Source: Nemertoderma westbladi (taxonomy: Eukaryota; Animalia; Xenacoelomorpha). From it: a stretch of DNA of 34,831 nt. Numbering within the stretch: position 1 is the first letter of the stretch; each line of letters opens with the position of its first letter. The notes beneath the pieces are model-generated. The model had not been told where the DNA came from. It saw nothing but the letters and a program-made list of their open reading frames with translations, and searched no databases. A program made the position numbers and the translations under genes. Below, piece by piece: positions 22,343-33,935 of the stretch. The stretch spans positions 1-34,831 of the forward strand of contig JAUCBJ010006424.1 in the NCBI GenBank assembly GCA_032718475.1, written 5' to 3'.

Positions 22343-23472
22343 TATTTGCATAAATTGACCCACCCCCTAACAGTGTCAATTCGCTAAGGCTCCGCCAACT
22401 TCGTGGCTCGCCCCACATATCCTATCGACTATGATAATATAAAAAATTTGAAACGCGCCTAGGCCTACTTATGTGCGCTCCATATTTTGCCAATCTCATT
22501 GCTTGTAAAACGAAATCGCCTGCGTTGGGGGTCCCTAGTTTTCGTTGGGGTGTTGAAGAGGTCACAGACACCGATGACGCCCATTATTAGTGTGCTGTGA
22601 AGCTGTCTGTCCTGAAGTGATACAACGTCGAGGTCTGCGTTGCGTTTTGGTTGTGGTATTTCTGCAGGTCTGCTTATACATCCGGGTAAGGGTTGTTAAT
22701 TAACTTGTTTGATTAATTAAATAAACTACATTACTAACAAATGATATTTTATGCTGATTCAATCATCTATTTTAACAAAAATAAATAAGTTAAGAATTAC
22801 TGAGAAATTTTTTAAATTAAGGAATAAACACATTGTTTACATTACCCAACGTACCATAATAAATTGACTAGAATACACGGAATACGGAATACAGGTTTGT
22901 CGTTTTATTAGCACTAAATGGGGATTATGGATGTGAGTGTTTTGTTCTTTCCCTTACCAATAATTTAATGGGGTAGAGTGCAGCTGTTGCAAGTGGGATT
23001 GGATTATACTATGGCTCATAGCGTAGTCATAGTTACATTCTTTCCCACTCCCCAGGGAATCGCCTAGTTGCTATCCGTTAATGTATGGGGAGTCTAAGTT
23101 ATCCTCTGCGGTGTAGTTTCTCATTTCTTGCAAGAAAGAAGATGGAGATGAATTTCATACGTAGCAGCTGCAGATATGTCGCCCGCCCAAGAAGCGTCAT
23201 GTATAATACGAGCCGGTTCGTTGTTGATTGATGTGCGATGTCCCCCTGGATATGGGTCCATTATGATGCTGATTAACGAAATAACGGAGGGTTATGGGGG
23301 GGGGGGGGGGGGGGGGTAGTCGGACTTCACACACTTGCTTAGAATACACCATAGTACTGTTTTTGATTGGATACTAGATTCATTCTTATATATATTCTGA
23401 AAGCTAATTAGATGAGCTTTTCTTTTCCGTGGTCAGACACCTAAGTTACTCGCTTCTGATTGGCTTATAGCC

Positions 23473-23622
23473 AATTGCAAAATATCCTTTCATAAAATGA
23501 ATCTCCTCTGTAAATTTTGAGTATTTGGTTTTAAAATTGGCATTGACAATTGCAAAATATCCTTTCATAAAATGAATCTCCTCTGTAAATTTTGAGTATT
23601 TGGTTTTAAAATTGGCATTGAC
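23473..23622. repeat. Exact 75-bp tandem duplication
   Basis: CAATTGCAAAATATCC...GGCATTGA occurs twice in tandem. Confidence 0.93.
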
Positions 23623-24606
23623 TATCACTTTATAGAATCCTTTGAGGAATTTTTGAATTTCCTTTTCAAAATGATTTTATTGCACTTTTCGTAACACGAA
23701 GTCATAAAATTTCCATTTTTATAGACTACGCAGGGTTTAATCTTACTTTTCTCGAGGACGCGAAATTCAAAAATCCATCTAAGGATTCTGTTCAGGAGAG
23801 ACAGCGAGATTAACAAAATCGGACAAAGAATGTCGGATGAGAAAGATTCTAGTGACGAAAACTGAGGGAAACTGACAGGATCAAAGCGGGTAAAACATAA
23901 CGTGTTTTACTTTTCCGCTCAAAACTGTCTGTTAATATGTAAGAATGTTAGTAAATAATGTCTGTCAATAAGGATAGCTTAGGGGTTTGGGATATGAGTA
24001 GCAGAGCGCATCCTCTTAATGGATTATAATCCGCTTAAAGCATTGTTTTTCTTCCCTCTAAATTTTACTTCTTCTGACCCAAGATGATTTAGAAAACAGC
24101 GCTGTTATATCCCAGCCAGCCCAAAACCGTCGCGTTTACAAAATATTTTGACTATTGTGTGAACAACCATCGAAAATTTGATTCTACCAGCTTGCCTGCA
24201 CCCCGTATCTGAGAGTTGCTTCTAATAATATAAATAGTGTTCTAGAATATTTTATATTATTTATATTCAACGTTTGTACATTCATTGTAGGGTAGGTAGG
24301 TATGTAAGTAAGTCATAATCCCATAGGCCTTGTTAGATTGTGTTAATCTATTGTACGGTTACGAAATACGGAAAGTTGTTTATTTCATGAGAAATATGAA
24401 ATGCTACAAATCTAGAGTATATTAACCCTAACATATATTAACCGAAATACAAATAAAATAATAAGTAAACGCAGCGTTTAACTTTGGATTCTTGTCTGCA
24501 GTACGAGGTAACATTTGGTGAAACTTTGTGTAGTTTGTGGGCAATTTGCAATTTGGTGAACAACTCAGGCTGCCAATCAAATTACTTAAAAAATTGACCG
24601 TTCAAC

Positions 24607-25130
24607 TTATTCGGCACACGAATTATTCGGCACAAAATTTGCCCACATGTATTTCCAATTAGCACCACTGCGTTATCTGTACTCACTACCTAGGTTTTTT
24701 CCTCCTATATGCATTCAAACTAGCTATCTTTTCATGTTTTTTTTGTAAAATTTTCTACACCATGTTGGCTATTGATAAAATAAATTTAAAAATGCTCTAG
24801 AAAATATTTTTGTATACAGGAGTTATTTTTAATGTAAAAATATAATTTTACATTCGAAGTTTTTTTTTTTAATATTAGCTAGCATGAAAAGAATGGCACT
24901 ACTATGGTTAAAATGGATGTTTTTGTAGAAGCTAGTTTTGCTACTTTTTTTTTACTTACAAATAATTTCTAATAAATTTATTTTTTTAAATGTTCTAGAA
25001 CAAAAAATATTTGTTCTAGACCATTTTTTTACAAAATTATAGAGAACGTTTAAAAAAATGTAGCAAAAACTAGCTTCTATAAAAAAATCCGGTCATGGGT
25101 ACACATAGCTGTAGTAGTGCCGAAAATAAT
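24607..25130. mobile_element. Degenerate AT-rich foldback/TIR element
   Basis: TTATTCGGCAC (24608, 24623) is inverted relative to GTGCCGAAAATAAT (25117). Inner arms are GGCACTACTA/TAGTAGTGCC and TAGAAGCTAGTTTTGCTAC/GTAGCAAAAACTAGCTTCTA. Boundaries are uncertain. Confidence 0.5.
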
Positions 25131-25640
25131 TAATAGCTGATAAATAAGAATACCCACTCGCCAGTACAAAACAAATACCCCCCCAGTACAACACCAAGAC
25201 GTGGTGTTGAATAGGTTAATATTGGATGAAACTTTACTGGGAGAGCTGTTAGGCGGACAAATTTATTTACACCATTTGTTATTTAAATAAAAGTTGATTT
25301 TATTTCATTATTACTTTGACTCTAGATTTGTGATTTTTTATATTAATACGTTCTGAATTTGATTAAGAATTGCTGAAAAATGTTTGGCATATGTTGCATT
25401 TGGACGTTGGCACTGTTACACCCCGGGTCTAAACGTTATGGAAAGACAGTAAATCCTCACTTGATAATATAAAGAATGCATTGATAACATTTTATACCGT
25501 CAAGCATAGCATTTTTTTCTCAACACAACTTAAAATTCATAAGAAATTGTATTTTATGGGCGATCTTATTTAATTTGGGTGATATAATTTCCCCTACTAA
25601 AACGATTTGTAGATGTTATTGGCTTATTAGAGCAAAGAAT

Positions 25641-26849
25641 ATGGCGAATAAAGAAGAATCTGTAAATACAGAAGAGCCAGTCGCCACTACTAAAGATTCT
25701 ACTGAGAATGGAGAAGGGACGCCACGGACTAACTCACAACAATCTATTGGATCAGAGAATCCAACTGCCAAAGAAGATGAAACACCAAGGGATACTCAAC
25801 CAGAGGGATCTTCTTTCAGAGTGACCTCCAAAGGAAAGACTAGCGCGCAAGACCTTGTTGAGGTATCGTCATCATCTTATGTTGTTCGTATTGTGAAGAC
25901 AAAAAAAATAAATACAAAAAAGGACAGTGTTGGAGACTTAGCAAGAAGGTCGCTGAAAAATCCCAAGGATCTCAAGACATTGGACAATGAAATAGTTAAG
26001 GAAGTCGTTGTAGGGATTGTACAAAATAAAAAAAATGAAATCGCTGGGCCACCTATTCTACGTGGCTCCTCTTCTGCATTGCCTAATAAGGCCATGTTGC
26101 ATAATGCAAGTGGTAGCGCTACATCTGTATCTGTTAAGAAAACACTCAGTGAAACAGATATAGTTAGTAATATGGTAATCACTGAAAGGGAAAAACAACA
26201 AATGATTAAACAGCTTGAGACAAACCGGAAAATTGAAATAGAGAGGAGAAAGAAGGAAGACGATAAACGCCAAATCAGCGACAAAATGCGCAAGTATTCA
26301 ATTGAAAGAAGGAGGACCTCTGATATTAGACGCCAAATGAAAGACATTGGATATCAAAAGAAGAACACTGACGCGCTGAAAGCGCAAGATAAAGAGCGTA
26401 TGCGCATAGGCTCTATTGGAAGAAGAAGGGCTTCTGATACCAGACGTGCTGAGATGGATATTGTGGAGGATACTGAAGACCATAGGCGACGCATATCCGA
26501 CAATGAAAGAGCCAAGAATGATGAAAAATATAAAAAAAAGGTAGCTCAATTACAGAAAGCTACCACATCTTCTAAAATGTCAAATGCCGCCAAGACCAAT
26601 TCTGTAACTCAGCACAAACCCGAACGTAGTAATGAGCCTACTAGTACAGAGTTACTTGTAAAACGACAAGCTGATATTAACGCATTACATGTGAGGAATA
26701 AAGCATATCGATACGGTATACCGACAACAAAGTCAAAGGCAAATCATAATGACGCGATGTTAAAACGTCTAGAGAATCGGGGATCTTGGCAACCAGACCT
26801 AGTTGAAGCACAAAAGGGTAAACCCAAGAAACAGTCAAAACCAAATTGA
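25641..26849 (+). CDS. Uncharacterised highly charged, likely disordered/coiled-coil protein (~402 aa from first ATG)
   Basis: 1.2-kb open frame in AT-rich DNA with purine-rich, coding-like composition. First ATG is at 25641 (the ORF track starts at a TTG). No recognisable domain. Confidence 0.75.
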   Translation: MANKEESVNTEEPVATTKDSTENGEGTPRTNSQQSIGSENPTAKEDETPRDTQPEGSSFRVTSKGKTSAQDLVEVSSSSYVVRIVKTKKINTKKDSVGDLARRSLKNPKDLKTLDNEIVKEVVVGIVQNKKNEIAGPPILRGSSSALPNKAMLHNASGSATSVSVKKTLSETDIVSNMVITEREKQQMIKQLETNRKIEIERRKKEDDKRQISDKMRKYSIERRRTSDIRRQMKDIGYQKKNTDALKAQDKERMRIGSIGRRRASDTRRAEMDIVEDTEDHRRRISDNERAKNDEKYKKKVAQLQKATTSSKMSNAAKTNSVTQHKPERSNEPTSTELLVKRQADINALHVRNKAYRYGIPTTKSKANHNDAMLKRLENRGSWQPDLVEAQKGKPKKQSKPN

Positions 26850-27320
26850 AACAATTTTTTTCAATTAACTCAGCTACTAACCATATTAGTTATTATAAAA
26901 CTTAGTCATAGTCATGGAAAATTCGATCCACGAAATTAATAGATTTTTGAGATTATAAGTCATATTTGGCATACATATACTAGTAATGTATACCTATATT
27001 TCATTATTGTCCATATAGTATTGGACCCAAATTAATTTATGACAATACATACATACATATGCCGGGGATTGGGGGGGGGGGGGGGGGGGGGGTGTTTCTC
27101 AAAACACATTGAAGGAATTAGGTGACTCAGGGGTAAATAGAAGCATGAGTGATAATTAGTTGATTTTAATTCAACGGTTAGGATTGATTTTTTAGAATGT
27201 TCATTTGGATTTAAAATCTATTATTTCACAAATCCCCCCCCCCCCCCCTCCCCCTCCCGCTCCACCACCATGTCCCAGCAGATTAAATTAATTTTTCACT
27301 TCAGTTGTTTTCTACCTTAA

Positions 27321-29364
27321 CTAAATTATAGTGGTGCGTCGCTCATTAAGGGGCAGATCCATTGCTACGACCTGAACTCGCAACACATCACTAAAATCCA
27401 CGCATTCATCCGAGTACATGCAGTTGTTAACAATCTCCTCCGGATCCCACAATCGCCCAGGGAGTTGGTCTATTTCAATACCCATGGCCGCGTCTAGCGT
27501 TTTATTCTCATCTGGCCTGGAATTCGCATACTTTTTCCGAGTGTATCGAACTTTGTTTTGTCCGCAACTCTCGTCTTTATCGTATATTATATCATTCGAT
27601 TTGTTGATTTTTCCTCGAAATGTCGTTGTTTTGATATTTGCGAAACCGGAATCCCTTTTAGAGTGCGCTGTCTGCGCATGCGCAGTCCTGCTATGGTGGA
27701 TAAATCGGTACTTGTGATGATAAATGGTCCCGCATGTTGCGCATTGCCTCGCTGGCATTCCACGACATTTCCTTTCTTTAATATGCCACAGATGTCGATA
27801 CGCTTTATCGAATGTGCGTCCGCACTTCCGACAATCGTAGTGTTTTATAGACCCTTTTGAGTTTACTTGATCTGTAGCTTTTCCGTTTTTTAAACTTTCC
27901 ATTTTTTTTCCGTCTGTGCTCCACCTCTGGACAGTATGCGTTTCGACAATGCTTGGGTTGACCCAATCAGTCTGCCCAAACATGTTAACGTTTGTTCCAG
28001 TTTCCCTAAGGTCTATTGGATGATCCCCGTAGTTCATATTGACATGCGAGTGTGTCTTCATGTGACGCTTTAAGTTCCAACTCTTACCGAAACTTTTATC
28101 GCATTTGTTGCAATGGAAATTTCGGGTAGTTGAGCTGACTGTAATGGGAACGTTGTTTTGTTTGGAGTTTGGGATCAACCCGAATCCCATCTGATTGTCA
28201 ATTTGGGGCGGATCATTAGTGCTTAGAGTTTTTACATCCTCTGATAAATAGTTGAACTCTTTAGACGGTGATAGATCGATTGGAGTCGATATTTGTTCGA
28301 AAGTTACAACTGGTTTCATCGGTGGTGGTGGTGTCTTCTGCTCCTCGCCATAGTCTGATCCATATATTTCGTCGCAGATGAAGGGATTGTTCACTTTGAT
28401 AGCTTCACTGTTCAGCCTATTGAGAAATAAGTTAATTCATTCAATGATATTCGGGTTCAACTCCCAGAAAACTATAGTACATGGGTGGGTGTGTAGCTAC
28501 TGCAGAGGATACCAAATCTCGGGATAGCACTTATACAATAGGTACGGTACGGCTACGCCGGGTTCATTTTGTCAAGTACAATGAACACTGAACACATCTC
28601 CAATCATAAATCATTAGTCTCACCAAGCTTGACACTTGAGCGGGGCCGCCTCCGCTTTGCAGGAGGCGGTTTGTTTGATGTACTAATGTTATGGGGTCCT
28701 ATAAGTTTTTAACATACGCATATTCTCACTCCCACACTGAGTAGAGTAAGACTGTAGTTGTCGACTTACTTGTTTTCCCCGCTTAGAGATTTAGATTTCC
28801 TCCGGCGGCCGCTTTTCTTGGTTTCTCTTTGCTTCATTGTGATGCCGCTCTCCAAAACTAATGTTAAGGGAAACGCAATAAAATGATAATTATTAGGGTA
28901 CACGTAACGTAAACGTACTCTTGGTTAAGGAAACATAAACGGGTACACGTAACGTAAACGTACTCTTGGTTAAGGAAACATAAACGGAACGTCTTTCTAT
29001 GTCTAGGTATTTATTCAAAATTTAAAAATAAAAATTAATATGACGATCTATAAAACATTCGCTAATATCTGCCACGCCACTTACCATCAGTGGATTTGGA
29101 ACTGTGTAATTTATCCATGTGCCTCTTGAGATGCTCCTCTTGTACGAATGTTTTGATGCAGAACATACAGTAGAACGGTCTGGATCCCGTGTGGATCCGT
29201 TCGTGGCGGTCTCTATTGGATCGTTGGGTAAACCCTTTGTTACACCAACTACACTTGTGGGGTCGCGTGCCATTGGGGGCTTTCGCTGGGATGTACGGCT
29301 CAGCAACACGTTTTGCCGTAGTAGTCGGGTCTGTGGTTTCTGTGTCAAACGAGTTTTGGTTCAT
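27321..29364 (-). CDS. C2H2 zinc-finger protein (~487 aa); coding exons 29364-29085, 28857-28770, 28416-27321
   Basis: Fingers CSWC...HERIH-TGSRPF-CMFC...HMDKLH, CNKC...HMKTH, CRKC...HIKERKC and CATC...HSRTAH. Both donors are GTAAGT and both acceptors are tAG, with phases 1 and 2 joining into one open frame. The middle exon has a basic NLS-like stretch KKSGRRRKSK. A 5' UTR intron is likely at 29583-29375. Confidence 0.85.
28896..28985. repeat. Exact 45-bp tandem duplication in zinc-finger gene intron
   Basis: GGGTACACGTAACGTAAACGTACTCTTGGTTAAGGAAACATAAAC at 28896 and 28941. Confidence 0.93.
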
Positions 29365-31086
29365 CTTTCGAAACCTGTGAATGTTATATAAAATAAATTA
29401 AAATGTAAAATTAAATTGTCTAACATTATGCATAAAATAATAATATTAGGAACACTAAAGTACCAATTAAATACTAAACCAAAACCGACAAGGTGGATTT
29501 TGTCATGTCATAAATAAGAAATACAAAAGACAGTCTATAAGGAATGGTAACCTCCAATTATTTAAACGCAATATATTACTCACCTGTGAACCACGAAGCT
29601 AACAACGATTGCCGGTAATTAAATAAGTTAAAATTATCTTATTTACGACAATTCTATACTAGAAATATGCAATTACCAGTAAATCTAAGAAGAATTATCT
29701 TCAGGTGGTGCCAGAATTACAGAATTACCAATCTTCACCCCTCGCGCACTTAACTAGTAACTAATAAATAAATGACTGTATATATCCTGTAGCCCGCGCA
29801 CTATATTACTCTCACATTGATGAGAATTGAAGATATTGGGTAGTAGTAGTAAATGATTAACATTGGCTCGCACTAGTATATTGAAGGAAGATGTTAACAT
29901 AAAGGTGTGTTGGCTTGTTACACAGAATATAAAGTACTTTGCCCTGATCTCACGCTGAGAGAGCATAGTCCATATCCTGGCAAAAGATCAAGTCTATCCC
30001 AACACTCTCCTTTGTAAGTGTAACGAGCCTTGTTCCAACCCAAACTGGGTGGCTAGAGATTGGAGCGACTTGTAATGGGTTGTTGGGGTTGCCCAAACAA
30101 AACAAACTAACTTGTTTGGTATCTGCAAGGGACATCCCATCAACAACATCTAATATAAACATGCTTATTATAAGGAAGTTTCTAAAACATGAATAATATT
30201 TTAAAAATCAATTATATTAATCGATTATTTAAGTCTGTATATTTGCTTTTCGCTTTTCTCGGCTCACCTTTAATACAACCTTCGTCACTCCATTACAGTG
30301 GAACGTTATTCTAACCAAAACAATAAACGAAGTCAATAGAACAGGTTGCAGTTTTATTTTTCGAGGTAATCAGCTGTTATTTTTGGGTTGAATTTCCTCT
30401 GGAGAGGGATGAATTTTGTTTGCGTCGAAAGTTCCCCCCCCCCCCCCCCCCCCCCCCCCATTTCTTGTTTTTGGGAATAAAGTTTATGACGAGTAGGAGG
30501 TATTTGACCAGAGGGTCTCCCCACTCGTTATAAATATTTATCATTTTGAGTATTATCTTACGCCACGAGCGACTTCGTTCCATTATATCACCTCGTCTGA
30601 TTATGGTAATAAGTTAAACTGTTCGACAATTAATTTTATTAAAATCATTTTTAATCAATTTTATTAAAGTATTTCCAAATATTATTAAATGTTACACTCT
30701 GTTATAACATTCTGACTAATGCTGCGCTATGAATGACGTCACGGCCGCTCATACCGGGATTATTATTAATTTGGGGCGAGCCATTAATTCTAGGTGAGCC
30801 GTTGCGTATCGGTATAATTAGTGGACAGTTATCAAAAGTTGCACACAAATAGTAGCACAAATTCTACACACAGACAGACTTATATAGTTCCTATGCCGGC
30901 CGCTAAGGGGCGTAATGAAAGAAACATAGAACACAATGGTCCACTAATTGTAATAACACTGAATACTGTTTCACCTGTTACACCATGCCATCGTAATAAA
31001 TGACATTAAACGTAACCCAAGCATGGCCTTTCGTCATAAACTTGTTTTGCTATAATAATTTGTTTATAACAATTTGTATTATTTCT

Positions 31087-32375
31087 TTATCGATACGTAA
31101 AATAGCCGGTTTCTTCATCCCTAGTAACTTGGTCCCATCGACCAATCACGCCGTTCATAGCAACGTAAACTCCTGATTGGTTGATGGTCTGAGCCGAGGC
31201 CACGGCCGCCCCTATATTAAAGTCGGCGTCGGATTCCTTAAAAGGCTCTGGTAGAAATGATCCTGTTAATACTATTACAGTATTCTTACACTCGGGCAAG
31301 TCTTTCATGTGAGTTGCCAGATACTTGGCCGTTTCTAACATTGTGTCGGTCCCATGGGTCACCACAATCTTCTCGTAGACAGCAATGGTAACCGCTCCCA
31401 TTAGTTTGTCTCTATCGTCGTCGTTAATGTCCTGACTATCCTTCCGGGATACCGTTATATACCCTATGGTATCGGGGGCGTGGCACCGGTTGAGTATACG
31501 TTTACCAGCACATTCGCTTATTTCGAAAGCATATCCTTGTCTGAAATATGTAAACATAGACTGGATTATAGATTGAATGAGGTGTGTTTGTTTATTCGCT
31601 TTGACGTCTAACACCATGGGCAGCAAACTTCGCCCGCGAGCAAACTTCGCCCGGAGCAATCTTCGCCCTCAAAATGAGCAACTAGCGCCCGGCGGAAACC
31701 TTCGCCCGCAGGCGATCTTCGCCCGCGAGCAACCGTCGCCCACTAAACAATTTTATTTTGGTTAGAAAAAACCGTCTCTGTAACCTGCTCCTTTCCCTTA
31801 ATTGGTAACAACATCGTTTATTGTTTTGGTTAGAAAAAGCCGTCTCTGTAACCTGCTCCTTTCCCTCAATTGGTACCTACAATGGTTACTAAAACAAATC
31901 GTATTGGGCGAAGGTTGCTCGCGGGCGAAGATTGCCTTGCGGGCGAAGCTTTCCCCGGGCGAAGGTTGGACGCGGGCTAAGATTGGACGCGGGCTATGGT
32001 TGTACGCGGGCGAAGGTCGCACCCAACCAACACCATGTCATCTTACTGTAACTAACTAGCGAATCCAGAGGTCGGAGGTTCTAACATAATTAGAGCTGTG
32101 ATATTTTTTGCTAATAAGTTAAAATCTTAATATAAAGGTGGATAAAAAAAATATATTGTTCGGTTCCATGATATATTTACCGTTACTTTTTTTATAATAA
32201 ATACTACGGAGGCCTACAGGAAATATCCCTACAAGTCCAGTGATGAAAATCTCAAAAACCAACATATATTCGTAAAGACTAAATATATGAAATTATTTTA
32301 CCTGATTTTCGGGTAACCCTTATCGATTGTTCCTCCTGTTTGAATTATCAAAATTTCTGATTTTGAAGTTTCCAT
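31087..32375 (-). CDS. Short single-domain L-asparaginase-family protein (175 aa); exons 32375-32302 and 31540-31087
   Basis: Exon 1 encodes METSKSEILIIQTGGTIDKGYPKI (TGGTI catalytic motif). It splices in phase 2 to exon 2, which has KDS, VVTHGTDTM, VLTGS, SDADFN and GVYVAMNG. The ORF track's N-terminus (31659) lies in intronic repeat sequence. Confidence 0.92.
31619..32028. mobile_element. MULE-like foldback MITE in the asparaginase intron, perfect 9-bp TSD AACACCATG
   Basis: Left arm of tandem CTTCGCCC motifs, right arm of GGGCGAAG motifs, GG...CC termini. AACACCATG at 31610-31618 and 32029-32037. Internal duplication of TTTTGGTTAGAAAA...AATTGGTA. Confidence 0.88.
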
Positions 32376-32701
32376 TTCAAAGTGTTTAGACGTCCACAGA
32401 ATAATAAACCCAACTTTATAACCAACAATTAACAATAACAATAGGTGCTGGGGATTTCGCCGTGCTAATTAAATTCCTACAGCTAATAGGCTACTGTAAT
32501 TACTCAACGTTGTGAACAATAATAAATCAACTGTAGAGTACAAGGCCGTACTTGTTTCCCTTTGCGAATTTAGACTTATTACGTGTTGTAATATTATAAC
32601 AATGGGGTACATTTTTTCGCAACTACGATTTCACCGTAGCCACTGCCCGTATAACGCTGGTCGCTGATTACAATGTTTAATTGTTGTTTTTTTACTTTCA
32701 G

Positions 32702-32978
32702 CCCGGAATAACAGACCGGATACAGTTCCCGGTCCCGTAGCGCCGCACACATCCACGGCTGAGAATTACGTCGCACCCAACGTAAAGCAGTTGGGCGCTG
32801 TTCCGGTCGGAGTCGGCACGGTTCCAGCCGGAGTCGGCGCGGAATCGTTGGGCGTTGGCACGACAACCGAGCAGCACGGAAGCACCACGCAGGATGAGAT
32901 ACAAGGCCTACAGAGACAGAAAGATATGCTCCTCAAACTACTTCAACAAAAGGAGCATCTAAAAATGTTACAGAACCA
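32702..32978 (+). CDS. PCM1: Coding exon of PCM1-like gene (coiled-coil region)
   Basis: Long polypyrimidine tract plus cAG at 32700-32701 (phase 1), open frame, donor GTAAGT at 32979 (phase 2). DEIQGLQRQKDMLLKLLQQKEHLKMLQ aligns by eye with recalled PCM1 EEIENLKKQHDLLKRMLQQQEQLRALQ. Confidence 0.8.
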
Positions 32979-33799
32979 GTAAGTCGCAGTGTCCAAAGTG
33001 ATGAAAGAATATACCTTGGTGTTTATACGCCTTACTGTGATGTGGATTTCTAATCTTACAGGAAATACAAAATAATTACTTTACAGATAACATACCACCA
33101 CAATGCAACCCGCCCAGCCTAGGGCTATTATAAATAGGTGATCACAGTAAATCGCGACCCACATGTATCTTGTAAGATTTACGCACGATCAGTAGATCGT
33201 AGATCTATGTGGACCTTGTAAAATCAGTATATTTCATCGAGGTATTAATTATTGTACTGTACCGAGTATTAGTATTGTACCGTGAACGGATTCCCTCTCG
33301 CACAATCAGCCGCCGCTAAAATCTGGTAATTATAAATTCACATGTGCAGAGTGTGTAATATCAAGCTCTCTCCCAAAATCATAGTTGGATATTAGCTAAC
33401 TTATTTTCACCACTTAAACTCTAAGGATTCTTTACTACAATAAATTGTACAATGAATGTTCGGGTGAGTTTAAGGGTTAAAATATTTTGAAAATCCCTCT
33501 CATGTTTGTCGCTTGACAAATAAGCGGTTAGTTGACCATTAATTATTATTGGTGTTATGGGTGAATGAGTGGTTTCATATGCCCAACATGCTGTGACCAA
33601 CAAAAAAGTTATTTTGGCCATTAATGGCTTTCTAAACATCTAATCCCGTTTCGAAGACCGTGGAAGTTACTAACTCAATTTAGTTGTAAGTTGATGCCAC
33701 GCCAAGCTAGTGGGCTCTTCAAAAAAGCTTCACGATTTGGATAATAAAGATTTGTGTACACAATTATATAATTTGCATTGTTTGTTTGTATCTCCACAG

Positions 33800-33935
33800 A
33801 CATTCTGCATTGCTTAATCAGCAGCAATTGGCCGAGCAGGAGTTGGGAAATTTACAAGACGAACAGGACGCCCTTAGAGGAGCAACTGGGGGAGAACCGA
33901 TGCCACAGGTTGGTATAGGGAGAACCGATACACAG
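33800..33935 (+). CDS. PCM1: Coding exon of PCM1-like gene; 3' boundary is either 33908 (GTTGGT) or 33935 (GTAGGT), both phase 0
   Basis: Acceptor ctccacAG at 33798-33799, phase 2, matching the previous donor. QHSALLNQQQLAEQEL continues the alignment to recalled PCM1 RQAALLALQHKAEQAI. Confidence 0.75.

Larger units (their letters stand above)
21146..22416 (-). mobile_element. Helentron-associated (HINE/DINE-1-like) non-autonomous element with central tandem repeats
   Basis: Short subterminal inverted repeats (CACGAAGT 21146 / ACTTCGTG 22398; GTGGGGC 21152 / GCCCCAC 22410), an (ACG/ACA)n microsatellite near one end, and a central array of 145-156-bp units. This modular layout is established for DINE-1/HINE elements. 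Confidence 0.72.
556..32701 (+). other. Putative ~32.1-kb intron of the PCM1-like gene hosting six nested genes
   Basis: GTAAGT...polypyrimidine-CAG boundaries with matching phase 1. I recognised no other PCM1-like exon between them. Confidence 0.62.

Noticed and set aside
22224-22418. Arg/Cys-rich protamine-like ORF
   Set aside because: It is the translation of the (ACG)n microsatellite in a repeat element.
25613-26849. Orphan ORF as an alternative terminal exon of the PCM1-like host
   Set aside because: The nearby tttgtAG acceptor is phase 2 relative to the ORF, incompatible with the phase-1 host donor.
31541-31659. N-terminal extension of the asparaginase ORF
   Set aside because: Intronic and partly MITE sequence; the true N-terminus with TGGTI is in the exon at 32375-32302.
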